From: Eledone cirrhosa
Taxonomy: Eukaryota
Direction: 5' to 3'
DNA: 64,000 bases
Assembly: GCA_964016885.1 (NCBI GenBank)
Contig: OZ024760.1
Location: 25,296,001-25,360,000 of the forward strand
Position 1 is the first letter of the stretch. Each line of letters begins with the position of its first letter. Of this stretch, positions 27,833-41,776 are shown piece after piece. The notes beneath the pieces are model-generated. The model saw only the letters and a program-made list of their open reading frames with translations, was not told the origin of the DNA and searched no databases. A program made the position numbers and the translations under genes.

Positions 27833-28440
27833 TGGATTGGCAGTATCGGTAGAGGGTCGGACGCCATGCTTTGCAGCAAAGAGTTATGGCCCTTTATGGT
27901 CCGAGTTCAAATCCCGCCGAGGTTAACTGCCTTTCATCTTTACGGTGTCGATAAAACAAAGTACCCGTAATGCATTGGGGTCGGTTTAATCGACTTTCCC
28001 CTCCCTCATAGTTGCTACATCTGTGCTTATAGTAAAATTCGTTATTTGGATTGGCAGTATCGGTAGAGAGTCGGACGCCATGCTTTGCAGCCATTTATGA
28101 TCTGAGTTCAAATCCCACCGAGGTTAACTCTGCCTTTCATATTTACGGGGTCGATAAAATAAAGTACCAGTAATGTACTGAGTTAATTGCTAGCCTTGTG
28201 CCAAAAGTAGAAACAGTTATTATTACAAACTAGGTTCAATTTCTCCCCTCCCGTAATAATTGTTTCTTCTTTTGGCACAAGGCCAGCAATTATCCCAGTG
28301 CATGACTGGTACTTTATTTTATCGACCCCGTATGGATGAAAGGCAAAGTTAACCTCGGCAGGATTTGAACTCAGACCGTAAAGGGACGTAACTCTATGCT
28401 GCAAAGCACGGCGTCCTACCTTCTACCGATTCTGTCCGTC
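27833..28440. mobile_element. SINE cluster (two + copies, one - copy)
   Basis: Copies at about 27833-28000 (+), 28048-28225 (+) and 28258-28440 (-). Confidence 0.85.
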
Positions 28441-28615
28441 CACCGGCCCTCCCGTAAACATATTCGCCTTATGCTTAAATCAGGAGCCATTATTGAAGAC
28501 CCAGGATAGGGGATTAACGGAATCGTTCAAGCGATAAACCACTTTGTTGGTAGCATTTAGATGACGGTCCTAAACGTTCTGTGTTCAAATCCCACTAAGA
28601 TCGACTTTGACGTCC

Positions 28616-28843
28616 ATCCTTCTGAGGTCGATGAAATAAAATGTCAGTCAAGCACTAAAACAAAGTCTAAAGTCTGTCTCAAGCCTGAAGTTCCATCAGG
28701 CTGGTTCTTATCCTGGTTTCCATAACTTCACGCCATGGAAACCGGGATAAGAACCAGGCTGATGGAACTCCGGGCTTGAGACAGACTTTAGACTTTGTTT
28801 TAGTGCTTGACTGACATTTTATTTTATCGAACCCCAGAAGGAT
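28616..28843. repeat. Inverted repeat, about 107-bp arms with about 12-nt spacer
   Basis: ...aaaatgtcagtcaagcactaaaacaaagtctaaagtctgtctcaagcc...tttccat and its reverse complement. Confidence 0.9.
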
Positions 28844-28847
28844 AAGT

Positions 28848-29480
28848 ACTACAACCAGCCATTTTACTATCTAGAACGACGGCCAAGCTGGAGTTATCTC
28901 CACCACCAACACCACAAATAACGTTAACCACTACAGCCAGCCATTTTACTATCTAGAACGACGGCCAAGCTGGAGTTAATTCCACCACCAACACCACAAA
29001 TAACCATAACCACTACAACCAGCCATTTTAATATCTAGAACGACGGCCAAACTGGAGTTATCTCCACCACCAAACCACAAATAACCATAACCACTACAAC
29101 CAGCCATTTTACTATCTAGAACGACTGCCAAGCTGGAGTTATCCCCACCACCAACACCACAAATAACGTTAACCACTATGTCCAGTCCTTTTCCTGTCTA
29201 GAACGACGGCCAAGCTGGAGTTCTCTCCACCACCAACACCACAAATAAACATAACCACTACAACCAGCCATTTTACTATCTAGAACGACGACCAAGCTGG
29301 AGTTATCTCCACAACCAACACCACAAATGTTAACAACTGCGCCCAGTGAATTTCCTGTCTAGGACGACGGCCGAACTGGAGCAATCTCCACAATCAGCAT
29401 CACAAATAATGTTAACCACTACAGCCAGCCATTTTCCTGTCTAGAACAACGGCCAGGCTGGAGTTATCTCCACCACGACA
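28848..29480. repeat. 82-bp minisatellite, about 8 units
   Basis: ctagaacgacggccaa(g/a)ctggagtta at 28871, 28953, 29035 and onward. Confidence 0.92.
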
Positions 29481-30079
29481 CCCTCCTAGCAGTAAATACT
29501 GGGCAAAGTCTTTATTCTGCCCAGACCGATGGCCGACTCGAGCTGTTTCTTTGCTCTCTCTCTCCAGGACTCTCCTCATCCTTACACTAACACCAACGTC
29601 CGATACTCTACTGCCTAGAACGACGGCCAAGCTAGAGCTGTTTCTCCTCCCATGCCCACCAAAAAACTTAACCACAGTCCTCAATCATTTTCTGCGCCAA
29701 GAAGGGCAGTCCAGCAGGAGCTTCATCACTTCTCCCTCTCTGGAACCCTCGCACTAACCTCTAAACCCTGACGGAAGCTCGCACTCTATTCGTGGTTTCC
29801 CTCCCCACTCAATGAGTGATCTTGCTACAGTTTGGGCAGAATGTTAATAGCATGAATATAGCCAGGCGTTTCTCGGAGGAGTTGTGAAGGCTATGGGCCG
29901 TGTCCCTTCATCCTTATCTTCCAAATAAAACGAAATCTACGCAATGTGCTTGAATAATCCTAGTTTTAAAGTAATTGGTCATGAAACACTCCCTATAATT
30001 TCAGCGAATTAATCCGTTTGTGTGGCTTCTGAAGTAATAGAAGAGGGGAAAGAGATGAAGCATGGTAGGAAAAATTATA

Positions 30080-30525
30080 GAGATAAGGGGGCGGGGTAGT
30101 GAGAGGGGATAGAGACGGGGGGGGGAGAAAGAAAGAGAGATAGGGAGAAAGAAAGGGAGACAGAGAAAGTGAGAGAGTAAGGGAGAGACATAGAAAGAGA
30201 GACTGAGTGAGATAAGGGGAGAGAAAGGCAGGGAAAGAGAGAGAGATGGGGAAAGAGAAGAGGGAAAGAAAGAAACCAGGAAAGATATACAGAGAGAGAG
30301 AGATAGAGAGGAAAAGAGAGACACAAAGAAGGAGAGAAACAGGGACAGAGAGAAATGGGGGCAGAGATAGATAGTGAAAGAGAGAGAGAGAGAGCAGGAG
30401 AGAGAGACAAGAAAAGAAAGAAACAGGGGCAGAGAGAGACTGAGGAAGAGAGAGAGAGAGCAAAAGAGGGCGATGGAGAGACAGGGTAAGAAAGATAGAG
30501 AGATAGATAGAGCGGGAGAGAGAAA

Positions 30526-30579
<54 letters not shown>

Positions 30580-30642
30580 GAAAGAGAGAGAGACATGGAA
30601 AGAAAAAAACGGGGACAGAGAGAGAGATAGAGAGATAGATAA

Positions 30643-30687
<45 letters not shown>

Positions 30688-30722
30688 AATATGGATAGAG
30701 AGAGAGAGAGGGGGGATAGAGA
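30080..30722. repeat. Purine-rich (GA)n/(GATA)n tract
   Basis: Seen directly. Confidence 0.9.
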
Positions 30723-31029
30723 TAGGGTGTATGATTGAAGATGCGTGTGCCTAAATAAAAGGTATTTGGATGGCTGTGTACAGCACTAAGTGTCTCAGAT
30801 AAAAGTGGTTGAAAATAGGAGAGTGGTTAATTATAGGTTTTAATATTACATTAGATTCCATTAAAGGCAATAGCTAAATAGCAGTGAATGGTTACCAAGT
30901 CATTGGAAATAGAATTTGAGAATTTTATGGCCAGCCTAACGAGTGGATGATAAACTTGTTTCACATAATTGCATTTAAAAGGAAGGGGAGTAAACGGATA
31001 TTGGAATAATAGCGTTGCAAAGGGTATGG

Positions 31030-34000
31030 GTTAGAATATCTCAGGAAAGAATCGCTGGATGGATTTTTACGGGCAAAACTAAGAGGTAGGAGACCCTTGG
31101 TTATTTGGGGTAATATTATCGATAAAGTGTGTAGCTCGGAGATGAGGTTACTCCAGGTAGAGACGCTACATCTCCGAATTGAGAGATCACAGCTCTGATA
31201 CTATGGCCAAGAAGTTCAAATGTCTCAGGAAAGAATCTCTGGAGAGTCATACCAAGTGAATCCGCTACTTCTCCGAATTGAGAGATCACAGCTCTGATAC
31301 TATGGCCAAGAAGTTCAAATGTCTCAGGAAAGAATCTCTGGAGAGTCATACCAAGTGAATCCTCTACTTCTCCGAATTGAGAGATCACAGCTCTGATACT
31401 ATGGCCAAGAAGTTCAAATGTCTCAGGAAAGAATCTCTGGAGAGTCATACCAAGTGAATCCGCTACTTCTCCGAATTGAGAGATCACAGCTCTGATACTA
31501 TGGCCATGAAGTTCAAATGTCCCAGGAAAGAATCTCTGGAGAGTCATACCAAGTGAATCCGCTACTTCTCCGAATTGAGAGATCACAGCTCTGATACTAT
31601 GGCCAAAAAGTTCAAATGTCTCAGGAAAGAATCTCTGGAGAGTCATACCAAGTGAATCCGCTACTTCTCCGAATTGAGAGATCACAGTTCTGATACTATG
31701 GCCATGAAGTTCAAATGTCTCAGGAAAGAATCTCTGGAGAGTCATACCAAGTGAAGCCGCTACTTCTCCGAATTGAGAGATCACAGCTCTGATACTATGG
31801 CCAAGAAGTTCAAATGTCTCAGGAAAGAATCTTTGGAGAGTCATACCAAGTGAAGCCGCTGCTTCTCCGAATTGAGAGATCACAGCTCTGATACTATTGG
31901 AAATGTGATTAGAATGTCTCAGGAAAGAATCGCTGAAAAGATTTTTACGGGCAAAACTAACAGGTAGGAGACACAGGGGTAGACTTTGTGTCTTTCGAGT
32001 AATATTACTTGATAGGGTGTGTGGCTCAGAGATTAGAGTCACTCCAGGTAGTGCTACTACTTCTCCGGATTGAGAGATCACAGCTCCGATACTATAGGCA
32101 TGTGGTTAGAATGTCTCAAGAAAGAATCACTGGACAGATTTGTAGCTCAGAGATAAGAGAGTCACTCCAGGTAGAGTTGCTACTTCTCCGAATTGTGAGA
32201 TCACAGATCCGATACTATGGGCGTGTAATTAAAATGTGTGAGGAAATAATCACTGGATAGATTTGTAGCTCAGACATCAGAGAGTCACTCCAGGTAGAGC
32301 CCCTACTTCTCCGAATTGAGAGATCACAGCTCTGATACTATGGACATGTGGTTAGAATGTCTCAGGAAAGAATCGCTGGACAGATTTGTAGCTCAGAGAT
32401 CAGAGAGTCACTCCAGGTAGAGCTGCTACTTCTCTGAATTGAGAGATCATAGCTCTGATACTATGGACATGTGGTTAGAATGTCTCAGGAAAGAATCACT
32501 GGAGGGATTTATAGCTCGGAGATCAGAGAGTTACTCCAGATAGAGCTGCTACTTCTCCGAATTGAGAGACCATAGCTCTGATACTGTGGGCATGTGATTA
32601 GAATGTCTCTGGAAAGAATCGCTGGACAAATTTGATGAGCAAAACCAACCGCCAGGAGACCTAGGGTAGACCTCGAGTCCCTGGGTTAATATTACTCGAT
32701 AGAGTCTGTAGCTCGGAGATGAGAGAGTCACTCCAGGGAGAGCTCCTACTTCTCCGAATTTAGAGATCACAGCTCTGATACTATGAACATGTGGTTAGAA
32801 TGTCTCAAGAAAGAATCGCTGGACAGATTTGTAGCTCAGAGATCAGAGAGTCACTCCAGGTAGAGCTGCTACTTCTCCGAATTGAGAGATCACAGCTCTG
32901 ATACTATGGACATGTGGTTAGAATGTCTCAGGAAAGAATCGCTGGACAGATTTGTAGCTCAGAGATCAGAGAGTCACTCCAGGTAGAGCTGCTACTTCTC
33001 TGAATTGAGAGATCATAGCTCTGATACTATGGACATGTGGTTAGAATGTCTCAGGAAAGAATCACTGGAGGGATTTGTAGCTCGGAGATCAGAGAGTTCC
33101 TCCAGATAGAGCTGCTACTTCTCCGAATTGAGAGATCATAGCTCTGATACTGTGGGCATGTGATTAGAATGTCTCTGGAAAGAATCGCTGGACAAATTTG
33201 ATGAGCAAAACCAACCGCCAGGAGACCTAGGGTAGACCTCGAGTCCCTGGGTTAATATTACTCGATAGAGTCTGTAGCTCGGAGATGGGAGAGTCACTCC
33301 AGGGAGAGCCCCTACTTCTCCGAATTTAGAGATCACAGCTCTGATACTATGAACATGTGGTTAGAATGTCTCAAGAAAGAATCGCTGGACAGATTTGTAG
33401 CTCAGAGATCAGAGAGTCACTCCAGGTAGAGCTGCTACTTCTCCGAATTGAGAGATCACAGCTCTGATACTATGGACATGTGGTTAGAATGTCTCAGGAA
33501 AGAATCCCTGGACAGATTTGTAGCTCAGAGATCAGAGAGTCACTCCAGGTAGAGCTGCTACTTCTCTGAATTGAGAGATCATAGCTCTTATACTATGAAA
33601 ATGTGGTTAGAATGTCTCAAGAAAGAATCGCTGGACAAATTTGTAGCTCGGAGATGAGAGAGTTACTCCAGATAGAGCTGCTACTTCTCCGAATTGAGAG
33701 ATCACAGCTCTGATACGATGGACATGTGGTTAGAATGTCTCAGGAAAGAATCACTAGACAGATGTATAACTCGGAGATCAGAGAGTTACTCCAGGTAGAG
33801 CTGCTACTTCCCCGAATTGAGAGATCACAGCTCTGATACTATGGACATGTGGTTAGAATGTCTCAAGAAAGAATCACTGGACAGATGTATAGCTCGGAGA
33901 TCAGAGAGTTACTCCAGGTAGAGCTGCTACTTCCCCGAATTGAGAGATCACAGCTCTGATACTATGGACATGTGGTTAGAATGTCTCAGGAAAGAATCAC

Positions 34001-34160
34001 TGGACAGATTTACTCCAGGTAGTGCTCCTACTTCTCCGAATTGAGAGATCACAGCCCTGATACTGTGGGCATGTGTTTAGAATGTCTCTGGAAAGAATCG
34101 CTGGACAGATTTGATGAAAATCAACCGGCAGGAGACCGAGGTTTTCGACAGTAAGGACAC
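31030..34160 (+). repeat. Satellite built from the 3' coding end of an RTE-type LINE (99-bp and 123-bp units, 566-bp higher-order duplication)
   Basis: Units translate to ESLQVELLLLRIERSQLRYYGHVVRMSQERI, typical of the RTE ORF C-terminus. Confidence 0.88.
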
Positions 34161-34188
34161 TATAGACCCTGTTAGAGCTGTAAGGGCG

Positions 34189-34261
<73 letters not shown>

Positions 34262-34264
<3 letters not shown>

Positions 34265-34418
34265 GTGCGAGACAAACCATAACAGAAACGCAAACTCTCT
34301 GCCTCAATTTTGATTTTGAAAATCATAAGAACTGTGAAACCGGTAAACGAAATAAATAAATATTCTTAAAAGACTCCAGTTGAATTTTCAATTTCTTTTC
34401 CTTATTCTTTCACCCCTG
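34262..34418. mobile_element. Possible Tc1/mariner-type MITE
   Basis: TA|CAGGTG...CACCCCTG|TA ends; related sequence in opposite orientation at about 51236-51365. Confidence 0.45.
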
Positions 34419-34635
34419 TAGGACATCTCGTTTTTTTTCTTCTGTTTATTTTTTCTTGTTTTTTTTTTTAAGGCGTTACTACAACGGTGCCATACCAAGT
34501 ACATGTGTTTAGTTAGCCCTGGGAGCCAACTTGTTCAACCTGTGCCGTTGAAGATGAACGGGAAAATCAGTATATATATATATATATACATATATATATG
34601 TGTGTGTGTGTATGTATTTATGTGTGTATGTGTGC

Positions 34636-34690
<55 letters not shown>

Positions 34691-35427
34691 TGTGTGTGTA
34701 TATGTGTTTGTGTGTATGTGCATGTATGTATGTCTGTAATGCTTCTTAAAGTACAGAGGAGAAGCAGAAGCAGAAGAAGAAGAAGAAGAAGAAGGGGACG
34801 AGACGGAATCTAGAGAGTGGGAGTCGTGGTTGGCCGGTTTAAAAGCCATACGTCAGTTTAAAACACCAGTATGAGTACAATTAACCGAATCTTCAGAGCC
34901 GCCTAAAATATATATTTTCACATCGAATCATTTCCTCTTACTTCCATTTAAAGAAACGGGTCATTTAAAGAGAAATCTTGTCAACTTAGATTTTAAAATG
35001 TTCTTCAGAAAAGCTATTAGAGTTTTATTACTGTGAAAATTGAATTTAATACAGACGAACGAACTAGAGGGAGGAAGGAAACGTGGGGTGGAGGGCAAAG
35101 GCGTGGAGGTGGGGGTTTTATTTTAAGATACAATATTATAAAATAATGCTTCAATAAAATTATATGTCTATACATATATATATATATATATATATTTACG
35201 TATATATATATACATACGTATATATACGTATTTATTCATACGTATATATGTATATATAAATATACATATATACGTATATATATATATATTTATACATAAG
35301 TACATATATATATATATATATATATACATAATTATATATATATATATATATACACATACGTATATATACGTATCTATATATATATATATATATTTATACA
35401 TACGTATATATATATGTATATACATAC

Positions 35428-35479
<52 letters not shown>

Positions 35480-35495
35480 GCATGCGTACACATAC

Positions 35496-35530
<35 letters not shown>

Positions 35531-35756
35531 TATATATATATATGTATGTATATAGATATGTGTGCATGTATATAACGAAAATATTAAATGAGGGAAATAT
35601 TGATTTCTTAAATAAATTGGTACTGGTTGTCTTTCTGTCTGGTCGATTGCATATATGGCTGGGTGTATATATATATACAGATATACATACTTGCATCTTC
35701 ATGCCTACATACGCAAAGAGAAACATATATGTATATATATATATGTATACATAGAT

Positions 35757-35799
<43 letters not shown>

Positions 35800-35804
35800 T
35801 ACAC

Positions 35805-35864
<60 letters not shown>

Positions 35865-35932
35865 GTATACACAGATATATATATATATGCGCACACACAC
35901 CCATAAACTCACAAACAGGCGCACATATATAC

Positions 35933-35970
<38 letters not shown>

Positions 35971-35982
35971 AGATACACACAC

Positions 35983-36045
<63 letters not shown>

Positions 36046-36172
36046 AACACAGATATACTTACATATATGTACACGCATACACATATACATAATCATGCAT
36101 ACACACACCTATGTGTATATATTTATTGTACTGTGTAGTTTGCTTAATTTCTGTCTGCCATTTACTTGCGTG

Positions 36173-36216
<44 letters not shown>

Positions 36217-37199
36217 TGAATAATAAAAAAATAACAAAAAAAAAGGTAAAAAAAAAAACAAGGTGAACTAGTTAATTAATCCTTTGTTATGGGAGAGTTT
36301 CGCAGAACAAAATTATCGATACGTAGACTAATCGATGGTAGCTTTACAGCCCCATACCAGCTACACCATCACCACCACCGGCCCCACCACCACCACAAGC
36401 TGCGCCATCACCATCACCTCCACCATCACCCACCCCCTAAAAAAAAAACAATACATCTATCAGGATGTCACAAAATGTTCACAAAAAACAGATTCCACTC
36501 TGTTCCAAAGTGATACTTATATCAACCAACACTACAGACGTGACAACTCTCCCCCATCGGACGGGGAGATCCCCCACCCACTTTGAGGTGGGTGAGAGAT
36601 GTCTTCTCAAGTGAAAATGTCGGTATAGCTTTCATTTTGTAAAATCTCCCCATTTTTTAACTCATTTCTCCCCGTTTTGCGGCACGTTTTTTTTTTCATG
36701 GTACTCGCCGTTTGGGTTTTTAGAGGTCGGCAGGTCTGACCCTAGATTGAGTTCGAATCACAAGCGATTTCTCCTAGAGAAAGAGATAGAGATTTATGAT
36801 GGTGAGGTGAAAATTTCACAGGCTATGAAGGAGTGATGCTAGAACTGTGAAATCTTACTGACATTAATTGCAACCCTTCTTATTAATAACTGCATTGTTT
36901 CTTTCCAAGGACTATGTTAAAAAATAAACCTCATTTGGTCATTCCATGAAAGTATTTTGGTCAGGTATGATCGTTTCTACCAATCTTCGTAGTTGCATAT
37001 ATCTTTCAAAAGCCTTTTATATGTGGGATAACCCATTTTAAACAATAGTGGTGATAGGTAATGAAAATGTTAGGAATCAGTTAGCTATCAAATTCACCGG
37101 TTGAGAACACCGCCAACAGTGTACAGTTGAGTTACTAGTTAATAATATTGGAGACCCGATTAGTTATTACAGTAATACTCAAGTAAGTCTTTTCCTTTA

Positions 37200-37960
37200 A
37201 TACTTTTATCAAATTAACTAAACATTTAGTTAAATATATATATATTTCTATAGATTTCAGCTGGGAGGCGAAAGTTAGAAACATATTATTCCGAGTTAAT
37301 GAAATATTTTCGATGAGTAACATATATTTATGTGTAACAAACCTTCAAAATTCTGGGTTCCGTATAACTAAAATACTATCACCTACTTAACTAAACATTT
37401 AGATAATTCTATATATGACATTGCAAATTGGAGATGAGGGTGAGAATCCTGTTTATTCCGAGTTAATGAAATATATTCAATGATTTATGAATAACAAACC
37501 TTCAAAATTCTGAGCTCTATATAACTAAAATACTATCACCTACTTAACTAAACATTTAGATAATTCTATATATGACATTGCAAATTGGAGATAAGGGTTA
37601 GAATCCTGTTTCTTCCGAGTTAATGAAATATATTCAATGATTTATGAATAACAAACCTTCAAAATTCTGAGCTCTATATAACTAAAATACTATCACCTAC
37701 TTAACTAAACATTTAGGTAATTCTATATATAATATTTCAGATGGGAAATGAAAACTAGAAACGAGTTTATTCTGAGTTAATAAAATAAATTTGATAGCTT
37801 GTTAATTGTCTAAAACCTTCACACGTCTGTGTTCCGTTTGAAAATACATTTACATAATATAGTTTCTTATTTAAATGAACACTCAACTTAATGTACACTT
37901 CTATATATTTCAGGGAAACGATATTTAACAAACGATTTCCTTCGTAGCTAATAAAATTCG
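37200..37960. repeat. 157-bp AT-rich tandem repeat
   Basis: aaccttcaaaattctg at 37340, 37497 and 37654; degenerate units continue to about 37960 and at 39160-39360. Confidence 0.85.
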
Positions 37961-38047
37961 TTCGCTTGTTAAGTGTATGTATGTATGAACCCGCAACTGC
38001 CGAGGGAGTCGTAAGGGCAACGCTTTGAGATACGGCGTTACTTTTAA

Positions 38048-38259
38048 CCCGTTAGCATTCACATTACTCTATATATATACTATTATATTTTCATGGTAAA
38101 GGCTTTATCTCGCATAATTATCTCACATAATATCGAATCTATGAGATTTTGAAAGTATTTATTTTGAGAACAATACCTTAACATCAGTTTGAGCGACCAG
38201 TTTCAACAGAAAAAGGTAGAGAATTCTGGCCGGTTTCGGCCGGTTTGAATATTAAAGGG
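38048..38259. mobile_element. piggyBac-like MITE
   Basis: TTAA|CCCGTTAGCATTCA ... TGAATATTAAAGGG|TTAA: imperfect TIRs with TTAA target duplication. Confidence 0.75.
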
Positions 38260-38369
38260 TTAAGCCGGAAGGAGGTTATCTCCTCTCCGGGTCTGAACAC
38301 AGTAAATTTCTTCCAGTGAATGATAGAGAGAATGAAAGAATGGCAGTGAAAAAGAAATATGGAAGAAGA

Positions 38370-38535
38370 ATTGACCCCAGTATTTGACAGGTACTTTTTT
38401 TTAATCAATATCGAATGGATGAAAGGCAAAGGTAACTTCGGTGGCATTTGAACTCAAAGAGCAGCTGGCCAAAAATAGGAAAAAACCGCAAAGCATCCTC
38501 TCCGACGTTCTAACGACTCTGCCAATTCGTCGCCT
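38370..38535 (-). mobile_element. Old SINE copy
   Basis: ggatgaaaggcaaaggtaacttcggtggcatttgaactca. Confidence 0.7.
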
Positions 38536-38811
38536 TTGTTAAGAGTATAAAATGTTCAAAGGCCAGGACCCGTAAGAGAAATACCCTTAAATAAATTAAT
38601 GCTTCCTACATAACTGAACATCCAGTAAAATATACATTTCCATATATATGTATATTAATAGGGAAAGATAAAACAGGCTTTGTTTAGAAACGGCTAGCGA
38701 ATTGGAAAATTGGGTAGTACCATGTGCTTACGCCGTATTTGACTAAATAGAATTAGTATGTCAGTAGGGATTTTTAAAAAAACGTCTGAATGGGAAAAAA
38801 AGGATGAGTAT

Positions 38812-38882
38812 TGACGTACATGGGACACGAACCCATATCTTTGGTTTGCCGAACCAATGTGTTACCATTACACCAACACACC
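38812..38882 (-). pseudogene. tRNA-like cloverleaf (anticodon GGC) within a roughly 290-bp tandem duplication
   Basis: D arm GTGTAATGGTAACAC, anticodon arm TTGGT-TCGGCAA-ACCAA, T arm ATGGG-TTCGTGT-CCCAT; acceptor stem has four G-U pairs; partial second copy at 39101-39141. Confidence 0.55.
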
Positions 38883-39879
38883 ACCCATGCCTCCCTCCAT
38901 TCAATTAGAAGCTATATAACCATAGCAGGCATATATATGTATATAAATAGGGAGACACAAAGCAGGCTTTGTTTACAAATGGCTAACGAATTTGAAAATT
39001 AGGTAGTAACATGTGCTTACGCCGTATTTGACTAAATAGAATTAGTCTGTTTGTTGGGATTTAAAAAAAAACCCTCTGAATGAAAAAAAAAGGATGAGTA
39101 TTGACGTACATGGGGACACGAACCTTCATCTTTGGTTTGCCGGATAAGGAGTTCGTTCTCAGTTAATAAAATTCATTGGCTTATTAAGAATATGAAACCT
39201 TCAAAAGCATGACCTCCATATAAACAAAAATATCATTTAAATGTATTTCAGGAGAGAGACGAAAGTTAGAAACTAGTTTATTCTGCTGAGTTAATGATAT
39301 AAATTCGGTTGCTTTTTAAGTGTATAAAACCGTCAAAAGCGTAGACTCGATATAAAGCATTTATTTAAATACAAAGGCCCCCTGGTATTGAAAAGGTTAG
39401 AAAGCAATAAGCTGGTAAGTTTCTCAACTGAAGACACCTCACAATTTACAGACGAACGGCTAGATAATAAGTTTGGAGACCTGAAACAGTTTGACTGTCT
39501 AGCAATTGAAATAATAGCCTCCAGTTCTGGAAAATATTATTGCTGCTTCTTACAGCTGACCAACTTCTTCATTATTGGTAATAAATCTCCATTATTTCGT
39601 CGACCAGACAACCACTGTTGTGTTGTCGCCTCATCGACTTGGTGTGTTGTACAGGGCTGGTTGTGTCTGTCTGATATAAGGAGGTCGAGAGTGTGTGTTG
39701 TACAGGGCTGGTTGTGTCTGTCTGATATAAGGAGGTAGTGTGTGTTTATGGTAGTGTGTGTGTGTGTGTGTGTTGTACAGCGCTGGTTGTGTCTGTCTGG
39801 TGTGTAGTGTCTGTGTAGTCTGTGTTCGTATGTGTGTATAGTGTCTAGGTAGTGTCTGTGTGTGTGTGTGTATTTCTGG

Positions 39880-41460
39880 CGGTGTGTGAAATGTGTGTTT
39901 CTGTTGTTTGTGTGAAATGTGTGTTTCTGTTGGTGTGTGGGTGTGAAGTGTGTGTTTCTGTTGGTGTGTGGGTATGAAATGTGTGTTTCTGTTGGTGTGT
40001 TGGTGTGAAGTGTGTGTTTCTGTTGGTGTAGTGTGTGTCAAATGTTTGTTTCTGTTGGTGTAATGTGTGTGAAATGTGTGTTTCTGTTGGTGTGTGGGTA
40101 TGAAGTGTGTGTTTCTGTTGGTGTGTGGGTGTGAAGTGTGTTTCTGTTGGTGTGTGGGTGTGAAATGTGTGTTGGAGTAATGTGTGTGTCAAATGTGTGT
40201 TGCTGTTGGTGTAGTGTGTGTCAAATGTTTGTTTCTGTTGGTATGTGGGTGTGTAAAGTGTGTTTCTGTTGGTGTAGTGGGTGTGAAATGTGTGTTTCTG
40301 TTGGTGTGTGGGTGTGAAATGTATGTTTCTGTGGGTGAGAAATGTGTATTTCTGTTGGTGTAGTGTCTGTGAAATGTGTTTCTGTTGGTGTAGTGTCTGT
40401 GAAATGTGTGTTTATGTTGGTGTAGTGTCTGTGAAATGTGTGTTTCTGTTGGTGTAGTGTCTGTGAAATGTGTGTTTCTGTTGGTGTAGTGTCTGTGAAA
40501 TGTGTGTTTATGTTGGTGTGTGGGTGTGAAATGTGTGTTTCTGTTGGTGTGTGGGTGTGAAATGTGTGTTTCTGTGGGTGTGAAGTGTTGGTTTCTGTTG
40601 GTGTGTGGGTGTGAAATGTGTGTTTCTGTTGGTGTGTGGGTGTAAAATGTGTGTTTCTGTTGGTGTGTGGGTGTGAAATGTGTGTTTCTGTGGGTGTGAA
40701 GTGTTGGTTTCTGTTGGTGTGTGGGTGTGAAATGTGTGTTTCTGTGGGTGTGAAGTGTTGGTTTCTGTTGGTGTGTGGGTGTGAAATGTGTGTTTCTGTT
40801 GGTGTGTGGGTGTAAAATGCGTGTTTCTGTTGGTGTAATGTGTGTGAAATGTGTGTTTCTGTTGGTGTAGTGTGTGTGAAATGTGTGTTTCTGTTGGTGT
40901 GTGGGTGTGAAATATGTTTCTGTTGGTGTAGTGTATGTGAAATGTGTGTTTCTGTTGGTGTGTGGGTGTGAAATATGTTTCTGTTGGTGTAGTGTATGTG
41001 AAATGTGTGTTTCTGTTGGTGTGTGAGTGTAAAATGTGTGTTTCTGTTGGTGTGTGGGTGTGAAATATGTTTCTGTTGGTGTAGTGTATGTGAAATGTGT
41101 GTTTCTGTTGGTGTGTGGGTGTGAAATGTGTGTTTCTGTTGGTGTGTGGGTGTGAAATATGTTTCTGTTGGTGTAGTGTATGTGAAATATATGTTTCTGT
41201 TGGTGTGTGGGTGTGAAGTGTGTGTTTCTGTTGGTGTGTGGGTGGGAAGTGTGTGTTTCTGTTGGTGTGTGGGTGTGAAATATGTTTCTGTTGGTGTAGT
41301 GTATGTGAAATGTGTGTTTGTGTTGGTGTGTGGGTGTGAAATATATGTTTCTGTTGGTGTGTGGGTGTGAAGTGTGTGTTTCTGTTGGTGTGTGGGTGGG
41401 AAGTGTGTGTTTCTGTTGGTGTATGGGTGTGAAATGTGTGTTTCTGTTGGTGTAGTGTGT
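39880..41460. repeat. About 31-bp GT-rich minisatellite
   Basis: tgtgaaatgtgtgtttctgttggtgtgtggg tandem units. Confidence 0.93.
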
Positions 41461-41743
41461 GTGGATAGTGTCTGATGTGTGTGTTTCTGGTGATGCGTGT
41501 GTGTGGTGTGTATAGATAGTGTGTGTCGAGGGTTGTAGTTTGTGTTTCTCTTTGTGTGTGTTTCTGGTTGTGTGTAGTGTGTATAATGTGTGTGTGGTTT
41601 TTCTGTGTTCGTATGTGTGAAGTATGTTTGCGGTTTGTCTGTGTTCGTATGTGTTTGAAATGTGTATGTGTTTGAAATGTGTATGTGTGTGTGATTTGTC
41701 TATGTGTGTATGTTTTGTCTGTGTAGTGAGTGTTTCTTGCTGG

Positions 41744-41776
<33 letters not shown>

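Noticed and set aside
31116-32081. 321-aa repeat protein on the minus strand
   Set aside because: Antisense to RTE-derived units; the open frame is explained by the 99-bp period.
39388-39738. 116-aa ORF and a strong GTAAGT donor at about 39414
   Set aside because: No recognisable homology and no consistent exon model.
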